From an uncultured delta proteobacterium (lineage in GTDB: Bacteria; Desulfobacterota; Binatia; JACPRU01), in contig CAVQEA010000003.1 in assembly GCA_963711395.1 (NCBI GenBank), forward strand, positions 209,447 through 273,446: a stretch of 64,000 nt of DNA, in the 5' to 3' direction. The first letter of the stretch is position 1. Every line of letters starts with the position of its first letter. Below the pieces are notes generated by a model. It saw nothing but the letters and a program-made list of their open reading frames with translations. It was not told where the DNA came from and made no database searches. The position numbers and the translations under genes were made by a program. Positions 1 to 9,026 of the stretch are shown here, piece after piece.

Positions 1-234
1 CAAGCGATGGAGGCTTACTACGTGACATCGCACACGTACGTCGGTGCCACCGAGGCAATCCTCCTGAGCACGTACGGATACAAACCCTCGCCCAACGTGG
101 CCCTGAGCCTGAATCCGCCGCCGACCGATACCGACTACGCGCTGCTGGTGTGTGCGCCGGGCGGCACCACACCGGCGTATTCCTATACCTCGACGGGAGG
201 GTCGATGTTCCCCGACCCCGGGCCGTGCACCTGA
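1..234 (+). CDS. 3' end of a gene entering from the left edge; C-terminal part resembles a type IV pilin-like protein
   Basis: The frame is open from base 1 (QAMEAYYVTSHTYVGATEAILLSTYGYKPS...) with a stop at 232-234. The tail is Ser/Thr/Gly-rich, and two Cys residues 24 aa apart near the C-terminus resemble the pilin D-region disulfide. The family call is weak. Confidence 0.3.
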   Translation, partial: QAMEAYYVTSHTYVGATEAILLSTYGYKPSPNVALSLNPPPTDTDYALLVCAPGGTTPAYSYTSTGGSMFPDPGPCT

Positions 235-238
235 CGGC

Positions 239-3178
239 TCAGATCTCCGGCGCGAACCCATGTCGCAGCGTGTTCTCGGCGATGGTTCGTGACTCGAGAA
301 ACTGCTTCACGTAGTCCGGCCCGCCGGCCTTCCAGCCCACCCCCGAAGACTTGAGGCCTCCGAACGGCTGGCGGCCGACCACGGCGCCGGTGGTGCCGCG
401 GTTGATGTAGAGGTTGCCGACGCGAAACTCGCGTCGCGCATACTCGAGATGCGCCGGTGAGCGGGAGAACACGCCGCCGGTGAGCCCGTAGGGCGTCGCG
501 TTGGCGAGCGCGATCGCCTCTTCGAAGGAGTCGACGAGAAACACGCAGAGCAGCGGACCGAAGATCTCCTCGCGCGCCAGCGGGTGAGCCGGATCGAGGC
601 CGGTGACGATGGCAGGCGGCACGAAGTACCCGCGCTCCGGCGAAGCCCGGCCCTCCGGACCGAGCAACAGCTCGCCGTCGCGCGCGGCTTGATCGATGGC
701 CGTGAGGACCCGTTCTCGTGCTGCGGCATCGATCAGCGGACCGATGGCGTTGCGGGGATCCTCCGGCGGCCCCAGACGCAGCGTGCGAGCGGCCTCGACG
801 ATACGGTCGACCAGGGAGCGGCCCGCGTCCCCGACGACGATCAAGCGGGAAGCCGCCGAGCACTTCTGGCCTTGGTAGCCGAATGCCGACTCGAGAATCG
901 CCACCACGGCTTCGTCTGGATCGGCGTCGTCATCGACCACGATCGCGTTCTTGCCACCCATCTCGCAAACCACCCGCTTGAGCGATCCGTCGCGCGTCGG
1001 CACCGCCGCGCCGGCGCGGAGGATCTGGAAGCCGACCTCCCGCGATCCGGTGAACGCCACGGCGCGAACCGCGGTGTGCCCCGCCAGCGCCGCCCCGACG
1101 TCGCCGCCTCCTTGGAGGAGTGCCACGACGTTCGCCGGCACTCCCGCCCTCGAGAGAATTCCGTGCAGCTCGGCGCCGATGATCGGCGACTGCTCGGCGG
1201 GCTTCAAGACCACGGCGTTGCCCGCGGCGAGTGCCGCCGAGGTCATGCCGAGCGCGATCGCCAGCGGGAAATTCCACGGAGCGATCACCGCGACGACGCC
1301 GAGCGGCTCGTAGCGGAGCTCGTTTTGTTCGCCCGGCAACGACTCGGTGATCCAGGAGCTGCCTATGCCGGCAATCTGCCGCGTGTAGTATTCGAGGTAG
1401 TCGACGGCCTCGCAGACTTCGGCGTCCGCGTCCCGCCATCCTTTGCCGACCTCGAGGACGATCGCCGCGGCGAGCTCGTCTCGCCGCCGACGGATCTCAT
1501 CCGCGGCTCGGGACAGCGCCGCGCCGCGCTCGGCGATCGACGTGCGTCGCCAGCGCTCGAACGCTTCGGCGCCGGCGGCCACGGCGCGGTCGACCAACGC
1601 GGCGTCGGCGCTCGGAACGCTGCCGATCACCTCGTCGGGATCCGCGGGATTGCACGATTCGAGCGGCACGCCCGCCGACACCGCTTCGCCGCCGACCCAG
1701 AGAGGGCAGCGCGCCCCGCCGCGTGCATGCGCTCCGTCCAGCGCCCGCCCGAACTGCTCTCGAGCGCGCTCCGAGGAAAAGTCGCGGAGCGGTTCGTTGC
1801 GAAACACCGCCGAGGCCTTCGCCTCGACTCGTGAAGCCGTCGGCACGACCGGCGGCTTCATCAGTCGATCCAGATCCTGCGCCTCGACGTAGGTTTCGCG
1901 CAGGAACGACACGTTCGACGTGTTCTCGAGCAGCCGCCGGATCAGATAGGCCATCCCCGGGATCAGATCGCCGACCGGAAGATAGATGCGCACGCGCTCG
2001 CCGCGCTCGACGAGCGCGCGGCGCAAGGGTTCGGCCATGCCGTGGAGCATTTGGATCTCATAGGCACCCGCGGGCAGGCCGAGCGTACGGGAGCAGGCGA
2101 TCGCGTGAGCAATGCTCCTCAAGTTGTGGCTGCCGAACGCGGCGTCGACGACGTCGTAGCTCTCGAGCAGCCGCCGCGACAGCCGCTCGTAGGCGAGATC
2201 GGTTGCGGGCTTCTCCGTGAAGACCGGCGCGGGCCAACCTTTCGCCGCCGCCCATGCGACCTCGCTGTCCCAGTACGCTCCCTTGACGAGACGAACTCCG
2301 ATTCGCCGCCGGTTCGACCGCGCCCACTCGAGGAGTCTCTCCAGGTCGCCCTCGGTCTCGCGCAGATATGCCTGCATCGCGATCGCCACGCGCGGCGCCG
2401 CGCGGAATTCCTCTTCTCCGAGCACGGCGCGGGCGATCGCCAGCGTCGTGTCCTTGAACGCGTGCTGCTCCATGTCGATGGTGATCGCCGCCCCGACGCG
2501 GCCGGCTTCGCGGAGCAGGCGCCGCAGTCGCTCGACGACCACGCGCTCCGTCTCCGGGTCGAGAGGATCGAATCGCGCGTAGAGAGACGAGAGCTTGACC
2601 GACACGTCGACCCGCGGCAGCGGCCCACGGTCGTCGCGGTCGATGCGGGGGACCTCCGGCCAGGCCGCCGTCAGCGCCGCGAGGTCGGTGATCAAGGCCT
2701 CGTATCGTCCGAGCATGCGCACGGCCTCGGCTTGGCTGACGGTCGCCTCGCCGACGAGATCGAGGGTGAACGCCGCGGGTTCGGCACGAAAGCGCGTGAG
2801 CACTTCGCCGAGCGCTTGGGCGTCATTCGGCGCGATGAAGCGGCGGGCCAGCGAGGTGACGTTCTTGCGGACCAACGGCGCCACCAACCAGCCAGCGTGC
2901 AGGGTATGAGCGAGCAGCGTCAGCCCGCCGAGGGCGTGATCGACCCCGGCGAAGTACTGCTCGAGATGCTCGCCGACGTCACGAGCGCCGTGCAGGCTCG
3001 GCAAGACGTCGACGAAGCGAAACAGCGCGGTGCGGACCTGCTCGTCGTCGAGCGACTGCTCGATCATTCGCCGCAGCCAATCGCGCGGCTCGAAGATCGC
3101 CGGCCGACGCCCTGCCGCTCGGCGCTGGAGGTCGAGCGCGACCTCGCGAAGAGCGGCTTCGGCTGGCGGCTCGCTCAC
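239..3178 (-). CDS. putA: Bifunctional proline dehydrogenase / L-glutamate gamma-semialdehyde (P5C) dehydrogenase
   Basis: 979-aa ORF. The N-terminal half is proline-dehydrogenase-like. The C-terminal half is an aldehyde dehydrogenase (WNFPLAI, VCEMGGKNAIVVDDDAD, FGYQGQKCSAASR with the catalytic Cys, EEIFGPLL). GTG start at 3176-3178. Confidence 0.9.
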   Translation of the reverse strand: MSEPPAEAALREVALDLQRRAAGRRPAIFEPRDWLRRMIEQSLDDEQVRTALFRFVDVLPSLHGARDVGEHLEQYFAGVDHALGGLTLLAHTLHAGWLVAPLVRKNVTSLARRFIAPNDAQALGEVLTRFRAEPAAFTLDLVGEATVSQAEAVRMLGRYEALITDLAALTAAWPEVPRIDRDDRGPLPRVDVSVKLSSLYARFDPLDPETERVVVERLRRLLREAGRVGAAITIDMEQHAFKDTTLAIARAVLGEEEFRAAPRVAIAMQAYLRETEGDLERLLEWARSNRRRIGVRLVKGAYWDSEVAWAAAKGWPAPVFTEKPATDLAYERLSRRLLESYDVVDAAFGSHNLRSIAHAIACSRTLGLPAGAYEIQMLHGMAEPLRRALVERGERVRIYLPVGDLIPGMAYLIRRLLENTSNVSFLRETYVEAQDLDRLMKPPVVPTASRVEAKASAVFRNEPLRDFSSERAREQFGRALDGAHARGGARCPLWVGGEAVSAGVPLESCNPADPDEVIGSVPSADAALVDRAVAAGAEAFERWRRTSIAERGAALSRAADEIRRRRDELAAAIVLEVGKGWRDADAEVCEAVDYLEYYTRQIAGIGSSWITESLPGEQNELRYEPLGVVAVIAPWNFPLAIALGMTSAALAAGNAVVLKPAEQSPIIGAELHGILSRAGVPANVVALLQGGGDVGAALAGHTAVRAVAFTGSREVGFQILRAGAAVPTRDGSLKRVVCEMGGKNAIVVDDDADPDEAVVAILESAFGYQGQKCSAASRLIVVGDAGRSLVDRIVEAARTLRLGPPEDPRNAIGPLIDAAARERVLTAIDQAARDGELLLGPEGRASPERGYFVPPAIVTGLDPAHPLAREEIFGPLLCVFLVDSFEEAIALANATPYGLTGGVFSRSPAHLEYARREFRVGNLYINRGTTGAVVGRQPFGGLKSSGVGWKAGGPDYVKQFLESRTIAENTLRHGFAPEI

Positions 3179-3179
3179 C

Positions 3180-4280
3180 TCAGTAGCGGTCTAGGGGCGC
3201 GTCGGCGACGGGCTCCCGACGGGTCGCGTTCGACGCACCGGAGAGCGAGGGACAGTAGCGTGCCGCGCGACGTTGCAGCTCCTGCCGCTCCTCGGGATCG
3301 GCGGCATCGCGCGCCATCTCCGCGTACACCGCGGCGCGCCGGCAATCCTCCGAGTCGAGTGCCACGGCTCGGCCCGGTGCCGAATCGGCAGGAGCGCCCG
3401 ACGATGCCTGGGAGCTGGTCGTCTTCGCGTGCGCTCGCGTCCCCCGCGCAGCGTGCTCGTCGGCGCGCTCGAGCGCCAAGACTTCGCTCCGGCCCGGCGG
3501 GTCGCCTTGGGCGAGCAGCTCGTCGGCTTCGTTGCGGGCGGAAACCGCTCGTTCGACCGACGAAGGATGCGTATCGAAATATCCGGCGGACATCGATTGC
3601 GGCACTTGCACGGCGAGTCGCTCCTGCACGTCCACGCCTGCGCGCGGATCGTAGCCCGCCTTGTAGGCGTAGCGGAGCCCGACGTCGTCCGCCTCACGCT
3701 CCTGCGTCTGCGTATAGTGGTTGAGAAACAGCTGCCCGACGCCCCCCGCAGCTTGTCCCGCTCCGGGGACGCGAGACTCGAGAACGATCGCCAGGACGTT
3801 GAGCGCCAGGCCGCTGATCGCCCCTTTCACCACGTGGCCTTCGGTGATGTGGGCGAGCTCGTGGCCGAGGATTACCGCCATTTCATCGTCGGACTGGATG
3901 AAGTCGAGCATGCCCGACGTGACCGCCACCTGTCCGAACGTCGCGCCCGCGTTGATCGACGGGTCGCCATTGATGATCACGAACTGCACGTTCGGATGGC
4001 TGGGGATCGTCTCGAGAAGCCGCTTGCCGACGCGCTCGAGGCGCTGCTTTTGCTCGCGCATGCGCGCCTGTGCGCGCGACTGAAGCAGCGTCGACTCTTG
4101 CGCGAGCGAATCATCGCGCGGCACGGTACGCCGCGGCGCCGTCGCACTCGACGAACGCGGCCCGGCGGGTGGAACCGCGCAGCCGGCGAGCACGCCGCCG
4201 AGCAACAGCGCCACCGCGAGCCGTCGACCGGTCACCGGATCACGATACGGCCGGGGCGCCCGCCCGGCAATAGCCTTCAA
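3180..4280 (-). CDS. M48-family zinc metalloprotease, lipoprotein
   Basis: HExxH motif in ILGHELAHITEGH. Signal peptide with lipobox LLGGVLAGC. TTG start overlaps the upstream patatin stop. Confidence 0.8.
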   Translation of the reverse strand: MKAIAGRAPRPYRDPVTGRRLAVALLLGGVLAGCAVPPAGPRSSSATAPRRTVPRDDSLAQESTLLQSRAQARMREQKQRLERVGKRLLETIPSHPNVQFVIINGDPSINAGATFGQVAVTSGMLDFIQSDDEMAVILGHELAHITEGHVVKGAISGLALNVLAIVLESRVPGAGQAAGGVGQLFLNHYTQTQEREADDVGLRYAYKAGYDPRAGVDVQERLAVQVPQSMSAGYFDTHPSSVERAVSARNEADELLAQGDPPGRSEVLALERADEHAARGTRAHAKTTSSQASSGAPADSAPGRAVALDSEDCRRAAVYAEMARDAADPEERQELQRRAARYCPSLSGASNATRREPVADAPLDRY

Positions 4281-5521
4281 GCGCTCGGACTGTCAGCGAA
4301 GAACTCTACCAGCTTGTCGCGCTGACGCTCGGCGTCGGACAGGCCGAGCTCGACGAGGTGACTCGCGTAACAGCCGTCGAAGTAGAGGTACGACAGAAAG
4401 TCGGCTTCGGCCCCCGTGTTCTTCGCCGCGTAGCGCAGGAAGATGCGCGCGAGCCAAGAACCGGGCTGCGGCCGCGGACGTCGGTGCGCGAGACATTCCG
4501 CGGCGACCACGCCCAGATCCCTCGACGGCTGCAGGAAGAGGTCGCGCACGATGCGGTAGGAGGTACCGCGCTTCTTCACGATCGGTTCGTTGATCCGCCG
4601 CAGGAACTCGTCGCCGTACGCGCGCCGACCCTCTTCGAGGATCGAGTTGAAGAGCCGCAGGCGGTCGGCATCGTAGTCCACGCGGTCGAGCAAGAGCGCG
4701 TTCAGCACCTTGCCGGCGAGAAACGCCGGGCTGCCAACGCTCTCCTCCGCGACCTCCGGGCGCGGCTCGCCGGGCGGGCGCTGGTAGCGCATGCCGATCA
4801 CCAACACGCGGTCGGCGCCGAGCCGCAGCGCCGGGGAGAGCGGCGTGTTCAGCCGCAAGCTTCCATCGCAGTAGAAGTGCTGACCGATGCGGATCGCCGG
4901 AAAGATGAGCGGGATCGCCGCAGAGGCGAGCGCATGCTCCGGGGCCAGGCGGGCGGCGCGGGCGACCACGAATGGATCGCGGGCCCAGCTGTCGACTCGC
5001 CCTTCGCGATTTTCGACGAAGATGACCGTGTTGCCGGTCTTCACCTCGGTCGTGGCGATCGCGACCGCGTCGACGGCTCCGGCGCCGATTTTTTCCGGAA
5101 TCCGCGTCCACGGCACACGATCGATGATGAGCCGCTCGAGCGGCGAGAAGTCGAGGAGGCCCGGGATGCGCGCCGGCGCGCCCGGCACCTTGGCGGGCTC
5201 AGGCCTCGCCCGGCGTCCGAAACCGAGCAGCCGAGCCGGCAGCGAGAGGAGCTTGAACGGCGTGAGACGCAGTACCCGCTCGATCTCGAAGGAGCGCCAG
5301 ATTTCGACGAGCTCGTCCAGCGCCCCAGGCTCGCCGGCATGACCGGCGAGGAAGCACGAATGGATCGCTCCGACGCTGGTGCCGCTGACGATGTCGAACC
5401 GTACCGGTCGGCCGAGCGCCGCGGGTAGGCGCTCGACGATGTAGTGAAGCACTCCGGCCTCGTACGCTCCGCGCGCCCCACCGCCCGAAAGCACCACCGC
5501 GATCCGGGCCGGCGCGCTCAT
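4277..5521 (-). CDS. Patatin-like phospholipase
   Basis: Oxyanion/glycine-rich motif VLSGGGARGAYEAGVL and nucleophile elbow GTSVGA. I chose the ATG at 5519-5521 (MSAPARIAVV...) because the longer ORF start at 5728 would run through the 3' end of the upstream methyltransferase gene. Confidence 0.85.
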   Translation of the reverse strand: MSAPARIAVVLSGGGARGAYEAGVLHYIVERLPAALGRPVRFDIVSGTSVGAIHSCFLAGHAGEPGALDELVEIWRSFEIERVLRLTPFKLLSLPARLLGFGRRARPEPAKVPGAPARIPGLLDFSPLERLIIDRVPWTRIPEKIGAGAVDAVAIATTEVKTGNTVIFVENREGRVDSWARDPFVVARAARLAPEHALASAAIPLIFPAIRIGQHFYCDGSLRLNTPLSPALRLGADRVLVIGMRYQRPPGEPRPEVAEESVGSPAFLAGKVLNALLLDRVDYDADRLRLFNSILEEGRRAYGDEFLRRINEPIVKKRGTSYRIVRDLFLQPSRDLGVVAAECLAHRRPRPQPGSWLARIFLRYAAKNTGAEADFLSYLYFDGCYASHLVELGLSDAERQRDKLVEFFADSPSA

Positions 5522-5546
5522 CGCTCGGCGCGTCGTCCGGCGACGC

Positions 5547-6716
5547 TCAAGTACACGTACGGCGAGCGGGTCGAAGACGGCTTCGACTGCGCCCGCGCCG
5601 CGTGGCGCACGAAGGAGCTGAGCGAGCATCCCGAGCGGCTCGCGTGACGCCGGGCGCGCGCTCGCAGAGCAGCAGGGCGAACGCGGGCTCATCGAGCGCG
5701 AACCAGCGACGCGGCACGAAGCCGGCACGCCGGCACAAGCCCTCGAGATCCTGACGGCGGAACTTGCGACTCACTTCGGTGTGCACGGTCTCGCCGGCTG
5801 CGAACGGCACCGTCATGCCGAGGCTCGCCAGCGTGACTCGCTGGGGACGGCGAGCTCGGAGGTGCATCTCGATCTGGCGCTTTCGCCGATCGAAGAAGGC
5901 GACGTGGTCGAACGCTGCCGGATCGAAATCCCCGCCGAGCTCGCGATTGATCACCTTCAGGACGTTGCGGTTGAACTCTGCCGTGACGCCTTCCTGATCG
6001 TCGTAAGCGGCTTCGAGCACGGCCACTTCCTTGACGAGATCCGCTCCGAGGAGGAAGTGCTCGCCCGGTCTCAGGCGGGCGCCGACCTCCGCCAGGAACT
6101 CCACGGCGCGTTTGGGCACGAAGTTGCCGACCGTGCTGCCGAGGAACGCCACCAGGCGGCGTTCCCCGTCGGGGAGGGCGTCGAGGTGGCGCTCGTAGTC
6201 CGCGACCACCGCGTGCACCTCGAGCCAAGGATATCGAGCGAGCAGCCCTTCGGCGCTGGCGCGCAGCATCGGCTCGCACACGTCGAGAGGATGGTAACGC
6301 GGCGCCATGCCGAGCGCCTCTGCGGCATCGAGAAGCAGCGTCGTCTTGCGCGCCGCCCCGCTGCCGAGCTCGACGAGATCGCTGGGGCGAACCAGCGCGA
6401 CGATCTCCCGCGCCGAGCGCCGCAGCAGCCGCTCCTCGGAGCGCGTCAAGTAGTATTCCGGGAGCTCGCAAATGCGATCGAACAGCAAAGAGCCGGCCTC
6501 GTCGTAGAAATGCTTCGGCGGAAGCCGCTTGCGCCGGGCGCGCAACCCGCGCCGCACGTCGGCGGCAAGCGTGGAATCGCGCAGCGGGTCGAACACGCGC
6601 TCCAAAGAGAAGCGTGCCGCAGCATCGCCTGCGAACAGCTCCAGGCGTCGGGGCGCGGTTCTGCCGTTCACGGCGGGGAACCCTATGGGCGGCAGCGCGT
6701 TGAGGCAAGCCCCCAA
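5547..6716 (-). CDS. egtD: EgtD-like SAM-dependent L-histidine N(alpha)-methyltransferase (Methyltransf_33 family)
   Basis: Similar along its length to what I recall of mycobacterial EgtD: LPPKHFYDEAGSLLFDRICELPEYYLTRSE, LVELGSGAARKT, FLGSTVGNF, AYDDQEGVTAEFNRNVL, IEMHLRA, TEVSRKF. The exact start is uncertain. Confidence 0.8.
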   Translation of the reverse strand: MGACLNALPPIGFPAVNGRTAPRRLELFAGDAAARFSLERVFDPLRDSTLAADVRRGLRARRKRLPPKHFYDEAGSLLFDRICELPEYYLTRSEERLLRRSAREIVALVRPSDLVELGSGAARKTTLLLDAAEALGMAPRYHPLDVCEPMLRASAEGLLARYPWLEVHAVVADYERHLDALPDGERRLVAFLGSTVGNFVPKRAVEFLAEVGARLRPGEHFLLGADLVKEVAVLEAAYDDQEGVTAEFNRNVLKVINRELGGDFDPAAFDHVAFFDRRKRQIEMHLRARRPQRVTLASLGMTVPFAAGETVHTEVSRKFRRQDLEGLCRRAGFVPRRWFALDEPAFALLLCERAPGVTRAARDARSAPSCATRRGRSRSRLRPARRTCT

Positions 6717-6775
6717 AATCGTCCGCGGGCCGTACGGCTTGCGCGGGCCTTGCGCGTGGGCGAGGATCGGCGGCC

Positions 6776-7522
6776 ATGGCCGCGGCGGCGGTGGAGTTCC
6801 GGGGTGTCTCGTTCGCGGAGCCAGGCGCGCCGCCGCGTGTGGAAGAGCTCGATCTGACCGTCCCTTCCGGCGAGCGGCTGGTGGTGCTCGGACGCAGCGG
6901 CTCCGGCAAGACGACGGCGCTCAAGCTCATCAACGGCATGTTGACCCCGAGCCGCGGGCACGTGCTCGTCGACGGCAAAGCGACAGCCGATTGGAACGGC
7001 GTCGAGCTCCGTCGCCGCGTCGGCTATGTGATCCAGGAGGGCGGCCTGTTTCCTCACTTCGATGTCACGCGCAACGTCGGCCTGGTGCCGTCTCTTCTCG
7101 GTTGGGACGACGCTCGCATCGGGATTCGCGTCCGCGAGATGCTGGAGCTGGTCGGCCTCGATCCCCGCGCGTTCGCGAGCCGGTATCCAGACGAGCTCTC
7201 CGGTGGAGAGCGCCAGCGCGTCGGCGTGGCGCGTGCGCTCGCCGCGGACCCGCCGCTGCTTCTGATGGACGAGCCCTTCGGCGCGCTCGACCCGCCGACC
7301 CGGGCAGAGATCCGCACCGAATTCGCGGCGCTCGCCCGCGGCCTCGGCAAGACGATCGTGTTCGTCACGCACGACCTTCACGAGGCATTGTCCTTCGCAG
7401 ACCGCATCGCGGTGCTTTCACACGGCCGCCTGGTATTCCTCGGCACCGCCCGCGACCTCCTCGAGTCGGGCGAGCCCGAGGCCCGCGCCTTTGCGCGCAC
7501 GTTGCCGCGCCCCCTCCAGTGA
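6776..7522 (+). CDS. ABC transporter ATP-binding protein (glycine betaine/choline/osmoprotectant type, no CBS tail)
   Basis: Walker A GRSGSGKTT, ABC signature LSGGERQRV, Walker B LLLMDEPFGALD. First gene of a three-gene operon with a permease and an OpuAC-type binding protein. Confidence 0.85.
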   Translation: MAAAAVEFRGVSFAEPGAPPRVEELDLTVPSGERLVVLGRSGSGKTTALKLINGMLTPSRGHVLVDGKATADWNGVELRRRVGYVIQEGGLFPHFDVTRNVGLVPSLLGWDDARIGIRVREMLELVGLDPRAFASRYPDELSGGERQRVGVARALAADPPLLLMDEPFGALDPPTRAEIRTEFAALARGLGKTIVFVTHDLHEALSFADRIAVLSHGRLVFLGTARDLLESGEPEARAFARTLPRPLQ

Positions 7523-8172
7523 TGGGCTTTCTCGGATTTCTCTGGGCGAATCGCGCCGAGGCGACCGCACTGGCGCTCGAGCACGCCGGCATGGTCGCGC
7601 TTTCCACCGGCGCCGCGGTGGCCATAGGTGTCCCGCTCGGCATCCTCGCGGCGCGCCGGCCGTCGCACCAATGGTGGATCCTCGGCTTCGCGAACCTGTT
7701 GCAGACCATCCCTAGCCTCGCGCTGTTCGGCTTCCTCATTCCCGTGCCGTACATCGGCGGAATCGGCGCGCGTACGGCGATCGTCGCTCTGGTACTCTAC
7801 GCGCTGCTGCCGATCATCCGCGGCACCCACGCCGGGCTGCTGTCGATCGATCCGGCGGTGCGCGAGGCGGCGATCGCGATGGGCATGGACTCCTGGCAGC
7901 GTCTGCGCGCCGTCGAGCTACCCCTCGCCTTCGGGGTCATCCTCTCCGGCATCCGCGTGGCGACCGTGATCTCCGTCGGCGTCGCGACGATCGCCGCCGC
8001 CATCGGCGCCGGAGGCCTCGGGGTATACATTTTTCGCGGCGTCGCGATGGTCGACAACCGCCTGATCCTCGCCGGCGCGGCGCCCGCCGCCGCCATGGCC
8101 GTGGCGGCGGACGTCGGCATCGGAGCGTTGGCACGGCGCTTCTCGAGGCCGCCGCGGCGAATCGGCGTATGA
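7522..8172 (+). CDS. ABC transporter permease (betaine/choline type)
   Basis: Starts MGFLGFLWANR... at an ATG that overlaps the ATPase stop (ATGA). Multiple TM helices and an EAA-like loop (DPAVREAAIAMGMDSWQRLRAVELPLA). The 547-aa ORF in the track (6529..) is an artefactual 5' extension of this frame. Confidence 0.85.
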   Translation: MGFLGFLWANRAEATALALEHAGMVALSTGAAVAIGVPLGILAARRPSHQWWILGFANLLQTIPSLALFGFLIPVPYIGGIGARTAIVALVLYALLPIIRGTHAGLLSIDPAVREAAIAMGMDSWQRLRAVELPLAFGVILSGIRVATVISVGVATIAAAIGAGGLGVYIFRGVAMVDNRLILAGAAPAAAMAVAADVGIGALARRFSRPPRRIGV

Positions 8173-9026
8173 ACCTTCGCGCGGCGGCGCTCGCCTTCTG
8201 CTTGCTCGCGGGCTGCCGTCCTGCCGACCGCATCGTCGTCGGCTCGAAGAACTTCAGCGAGCAAGTGCTGCTCGGCGAGATCGTCGCGCAATCGATCGAA
8301 CGTCGGGCGCACCTGCCCGTGGAGCGCCGGCTCGGGCTCGGCGGCACGTTCGTCTGTGACCATGCGCTGCGCGCCGGCGAGATCGACGTCTACGTGGAAT
8401 ACACGGGGACCGCCTACACGGCGATCCTCAAGCGCTCGCCGATCGCCGACCGCGCTCGCGTGCTCGCCGAAGTCCGCGATCGCTACGGCGAAGCCGGCCT
8501 CGAGTGGCTGGCGCCGCTCGGCTTCGAGAACACCTTCGCGCTCGTCGTACGCGGCGAGGACGCCGAACGGCTCGGCATGCGCAAGATCTCCGACCTCGCC
8601 GCGCATCCCGACTGGCGGGCGGCGTTCGGCTACGAGTTCATGGAGCGCGAAGACGGCTTCGCCGGCCTGGCGCGTACGTACGGGCTGCGCTTCGATGACC
8701 CACCGCGAACCCTGGATCTCGGGTTGCTCTACCGTGCGCTCGTCGACCGCCGAGCGGACGTCGCGGCGGGCAATTCCACGGACGGCCTGATCGCCAGTCT
8801 CGGTCTGCGCGTGCTCGCGGACGACCGGGGCTACTTTCCACCCTACGACGCCGTGCCGGTGGCGCGCCGCAGCGCCCTCGAACGGCACCCGCAAGTGCGC
8901 GCCGCGCTCGAATCACTCGCGGGACACATCGATGCCGACACGATGCGACGGCTCAACTACCGCGTGGACGGCGAGAAGATCAGCGCGGAGCAGGTGGCTC
9001 GGGAGTTTCTGAGCTCGATCCCATGA
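8169..9026 (+). CDS. Glycine betaine/choline-type ABC substrate-binding lipoprotein (OpuAC/OsmF-like)
   Basis: Lipobox LLAGC. GSKNFSEQVLLGEIVAQ and DVYVEYTGTA are typical of OpuAC-fold binding proteins. ATGA overlap with the permease stop. Confidence 0.8.
   Translation: MNLRAAALAFCLLAGCRPADRIVVGSKNFSEQVLLGEIVAQSIERRAHLPVERRLGLGGTFVCDHALRAGEIDVYVEYTGTAYTAILKRSPIADRARVLAEVRDRYGEAGLEWLAPLGFENTFALVVRGEDAERLGMRKISDLAAHPDWRAAFGYEFMEREDGFAGLARTYGLRFDDPPRTLDLGLLYRALVDRRADVAAGNSTDGLIASLGLRVLADDRGYFPPYDAVPVARRSALERHPQVRAALESLAGHIDADTMRRLNYRVDGEKISAEQVAREFLSSIP

Noticed and set aside
584-3724. Long plus-strand ORFs (584-1834, 2042-3724 and others) antisense to putA and the M48 gene
   Set aside because: These are typical shadow ORFs of GC-rich DNA. 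Their products are Arg/Ala/Pro-rich with no motifs, whereas the minus-strand frames carry unambiguous PutA and M48 signatures.
6529-7521. 5' two thirds of the 547-aa ORF 6529-8172
   Set aside because: This part is Arg-rich nonsense that overlaps the genuine ABC ATPase in another frame. The permease begins at ATG 7522, which is coupled to the ATPase stop.
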